The notes beneath the pieces were generated by a model. That model searched no databases, had not been told where the DNA came from, and saw only the letters and a program-made list of their open reading frames with translations. The translations under genes were made by a program, and so were the position numbers. Below, in pieces: positions 60,870 through 64,000 of a DNA stretch of 64,000 nt. This DNA comes from the human T2T-CHM13v2.0 reference genome, Homo sapiens. The DNA is taken from the NCBI RefSeq assembly GCF_009914755.1, contig NC_060925.1. One strand, 5' to 3'. Numbering within the stretch: position 1 is the stretch's first letter; the number at the start of each line of letters is the position of its first letter.

Positions 60870-63800
60870 ATGGAATCGTCATCGAATGAATTGAATGCAA
60901 TCATCGAATGGTCTCGAATGGAATCATCTTCTAATGGAAAGGAATGGAATCATCGCATAGAATCGAATGGAATTATCATCGAATGGAATCGAATGGTATC
61001 AACACCAAACGGAAAAAAACGGAATTATCGAATGGAATCGAAGAGAATCTTCGAACGGACCCGAATGGAATCATCTAATGGAATGGAACGGAATAATCCA
61101 TGGACTCGAATGCAATCATCATCGAATGGAATCGAATGGAATCATCGAATGGACTCGAATGGAATAATCATTGAACGGAATCGAATGGAATCATCATCGG
61201 ATGGAAACGAATGGAATCATCATCCAATGGAAATGAAAGGAGTCATCATCTAATGGAATTGCATGGAATCATCATAAAATGGAATCGAATGGAATCAACA
61301 TCAAATGGAATCAAATGGAATAATTGAACGGAATTGAATGGAATCGTCATCGAATGAATTGAATGCAATCATCGAATGGTCTAGAATTGAATCATCTTCA
61401 AATGGAATGGAATGGAATCATCGCATAGAATCGAATGGAAGTATCATCGAATGGAATCGAATGGAATCAACATCAAACGGAAAAAAACGGAATTATCGAA
61501 TGGAATCGAAGAGAATCATCGAATGGACCCGAATGGAATCATCTAATGGAATGGAATGGAATAATCCATGGACTCGAATGCAATCATCATCGAATGGAAT
61601 CGAATGGAATCATCGAATGGACTCGAATGGAATAATCATTGAACGGAATCGAATGGAATCATCATCGGATGGAAATGAATGGAATCATCATCGAATGGAA
61701 TCGAATAGAATTATGGAATGAAATCCAGTGTGATCATCATCGAATGGACCCGAATGGAATCATCATTCAACGGAAGCTAATGGAATCAACATCGAATGAA
61801 TCGAATGGAAACACCATCGAATTGAAACGAATGGAATTATCATGAAATTGAAATGGATGGACTCATCATCGAATGGATTCGAATGGAATCATCGAATAAA
61901 ATTGATTGAAATCATCATCCAATGGAATCGAATGGTATCATTGAATGGAATCGAATGGAATCATCATCAGATGGAAATGAATGGAATCGTCATAGAATGG
62001 AATCGAATGGATTCATTGAATGGAATCAGATGGAATCATCGAATGGACTGGAATGGAATCATTGAATGGACTCGAAAGGGATCATGATTGAATGGAATTG
62101 AATGGAATCATCGAATGGTCTCGATTGGAATCATTAACAAATGGAATCGAATGGAATCACCGAATAGAATCGAATGGAACAATCATCGAATGGACTCAAA
62201 TGGAATTATCCTCCAATGGAATCGAATGGAATTATCGAATGCAATCGAATGGAATTATCGAATGCAATCGAATAGAATCATCGAATGGACTCGAATGGAA
62301 TCATCGAATGGAATGGAATGGAACAGTCAAGGAACTCGAATGGAATCATCATTGAATGGAATCGAATGGAATCATCGAGTGGAATCGAATGGAAATATGA
62401 TCAAATGGAATCGAATATAATCATCATCAAATGGAATCAAAAATAACCATCATTAATTGGTATTGAATGGAATTCTCATCAAATGGAATTCAAAGGAATC
62501 ATCATCAAATGGAACTGAATGGAATCCTCATTGAATGGAAATGAAAGGGGTCATCATCTAATGGAATCGCATGGAATCATCATCAAATGGAATCGAATGG
62601 AATCATCATCAAATGGAATCTGATGGAATCATTGAACAGAATTGAATGGAATCGTCATCGAATGAATTGAATGCAATCATCGAATGGTCTCGAATGTAAT
62701 CACATTCTAATGGAAAGGAATGGAATCATCGCATAGAATCGAATGGAATTAACATTGAATGGACTCGAATGGAATCAACATCAAACGGAATCAAGCGGAA
62801 TTATCGAATGGAATCGAAGAGAATCATCGAATGGTCTCGAATGGAATCATCTTCTAATGGAAAGGAATGGAATCATCGCATAGAATCGAATGGAATTAAC
62901 ATTGAATGGACTCGAATGGAATCAACATCAAATGGAATCAAGCGGAATTATCGAATGAAATCGAAGAGAATCATCGAATGGACTCGAATGGAATCATCTA
63001 ATGGAATGGAATGGAATAATCCACGGACTCGAATGCAATCATCATTGTATAGAATCGAATGGAATCATCGAATGGACTCGAATGGAATAAACATTGAACG
63101 GAATAGAATGGAATCATCATCGGAAGGAAACGAATGGAATCATCATCGAATGGAAATGTAAGGAGTCATCATCTAATGGAATTGCATGGAATCATCATAA
63201 AATGGAATCGAATGGAATCATCATCAAATGGAATCAGATGGAATCATTGAACGGAATTGAATGGAATCGTCATCGAATGAATTGAATGCAATCATCGAAT
63301 GGTCTCGAATGGAATCATCTTCAAATGGAATGGAATGGAATCATCGCATAGAATCGAATGGAATTATCATCGAATGGAATCGAATGGAATCAACATCAAA
63401 CGGAAAAAAACGGAATTATCGAATGGAATCGAAGAGAATCTTCGAACGGACCCGAAAGGAATCATCTAATGGAATGGAATGGAATAATCCATGGACTCGA
63501 ATGCAATCATCATCGAATGGAATCGAATGGAATCATTGAATGGACTCGAATGGAATAATCATTGAACGGAATCGAATGGAATCATCATCGGATGGAAATG
63601 AATGGAATCATCATCGAATGGAATCGAATAGAATTATGGAATGAAATCCAGTGTGATCATCATCGAATGGACCCGAATGGAATCATCATCCAACGGAAGC
63701 TAATGGAATCAACATCGAATGAATCGAATGGAAACACCATCGAATTGAAACGAATGGAATTATCATGAAATTGAAATGGATGGACTCATCATCGAATGGA

Positions 63801-64000
63801 TTCGAATGGAATCATCGAATAAAATTGATTGAAATCATCATCGAATGGAATCGAATGGTATCATTGAATGGAATCGAATGGAATCGTCATCAGATGGAAA
63901 TGAATGGAATCGTCATAGAATGGAATCGAATGGATTCATTGAATAGAATCAGATGGAATCATCGAATGGACTGGAATGGAATCATTGAATGGACTCGAAA
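60870..64000 (+). repeat. 3699-type dimeric super-unit, truncated by the window end
   Basis: Anchors at 60870, 61338, 62646 and 63261 are offset 8383 from the 52487 copy, with which it shares CATTCAACGG (~53381/~61764). Confidence 0.85.

Larger units (their letters stand above)
1..64000 (+). repeat. Human satellite II (HSat2/HSATII) pericentromeric array, GAATG strand; probably the 1.77-kb chr1q12 (HSat2A-type) family
   Basis: Continuous diverged (GAATG)n with the HSat2 hallmark GAATGGAATCATCATCGAATGGAATC and dense TCGA. There is no unique sequence or strand switch. The 1776-bp period with a conserved EcoRI site (e.g. GAATTC 173-178) resembles the known 1.77-kb EcoRI chr1 repeat. The chromosome assignment is less certain than the family call. 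Confidence 0.97.

Noticed and set aside
333-63768. Hundreds of + strand ORFs (61-171 aa; MESSSNGIEWNH-type peptides)
   Set aside because: They are overlapping, low-complexity translations of GAATGGAATC repeats, where ATG occurs every few bases. They are opened and closed at random by point variants and show no domain, splice or codon-constraint evidence.
1-64000. CRISPR-like array of 23-26 bp repeats
   Set aside because: There are no unique spacers, leader or cas genes. The sequence between motifs is itself satellite.
1-64000. HSat3 / satellite III call with HSF1 nuclear-stress-body function
   Set aside because: Pure (GGAAT)n runs are only about 3 units long, and ATCATC/TCGA-containing 23/26-mers dominate, which is diagnostic of HSat2.
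1-64000. Inversions, inserted L1/Alu elements, alpha satellite/CENP-B boxes or telomeric repeats
   Set aside because: No CATTC-strand segment or non-HSat2 sequence was seen on reading through. A very short insert could be missed by eye.
1-64000. A previously undescribed gene-based biological system
   Set aside because: Nothing in the window supports one. All structure is explained by satellite amplification, recombination and mutation.

Overview
All 64 kb is one uninterrupted, single-orientation block of classical human satellite II (HSat2/HSATII). It is the GAATG strand, built from GAATGGAATC/ATCATC/TCGA motifs with 23/26/49-bp sub-periodicity. The canonical higher-order unit is 1776 bp (a 468-bp module plus a 1308-bp module) with one conserved EcoRI site, which fits the 1.77-kb chromosome 1q12 satellite (pUC1.77/D1Z1, HSat2A-type); that assignment is inferred from period and motifs, not from a database search. 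I see no gene, RNA gene, transposon, CRISPR array or inversion, and the listed ORFs are translation artefacts of the repeat. I found no evidence of a novel coding system. What is of interest is the array architecture: a 3699-bp dimeric super-repeat carrying a divergent module, young 3429-bp and 3084-bp tandem duplications, multi-kb blocks reused at offsets of 8-39 kb, recurrent gain or loss of the 468-bp module, several unusual junctions, and turnover of DUX4-consensus motifs between variants. Offsets were read by eye using ORF-track anchors and diagnostic variants, so breakpoints are approximate.
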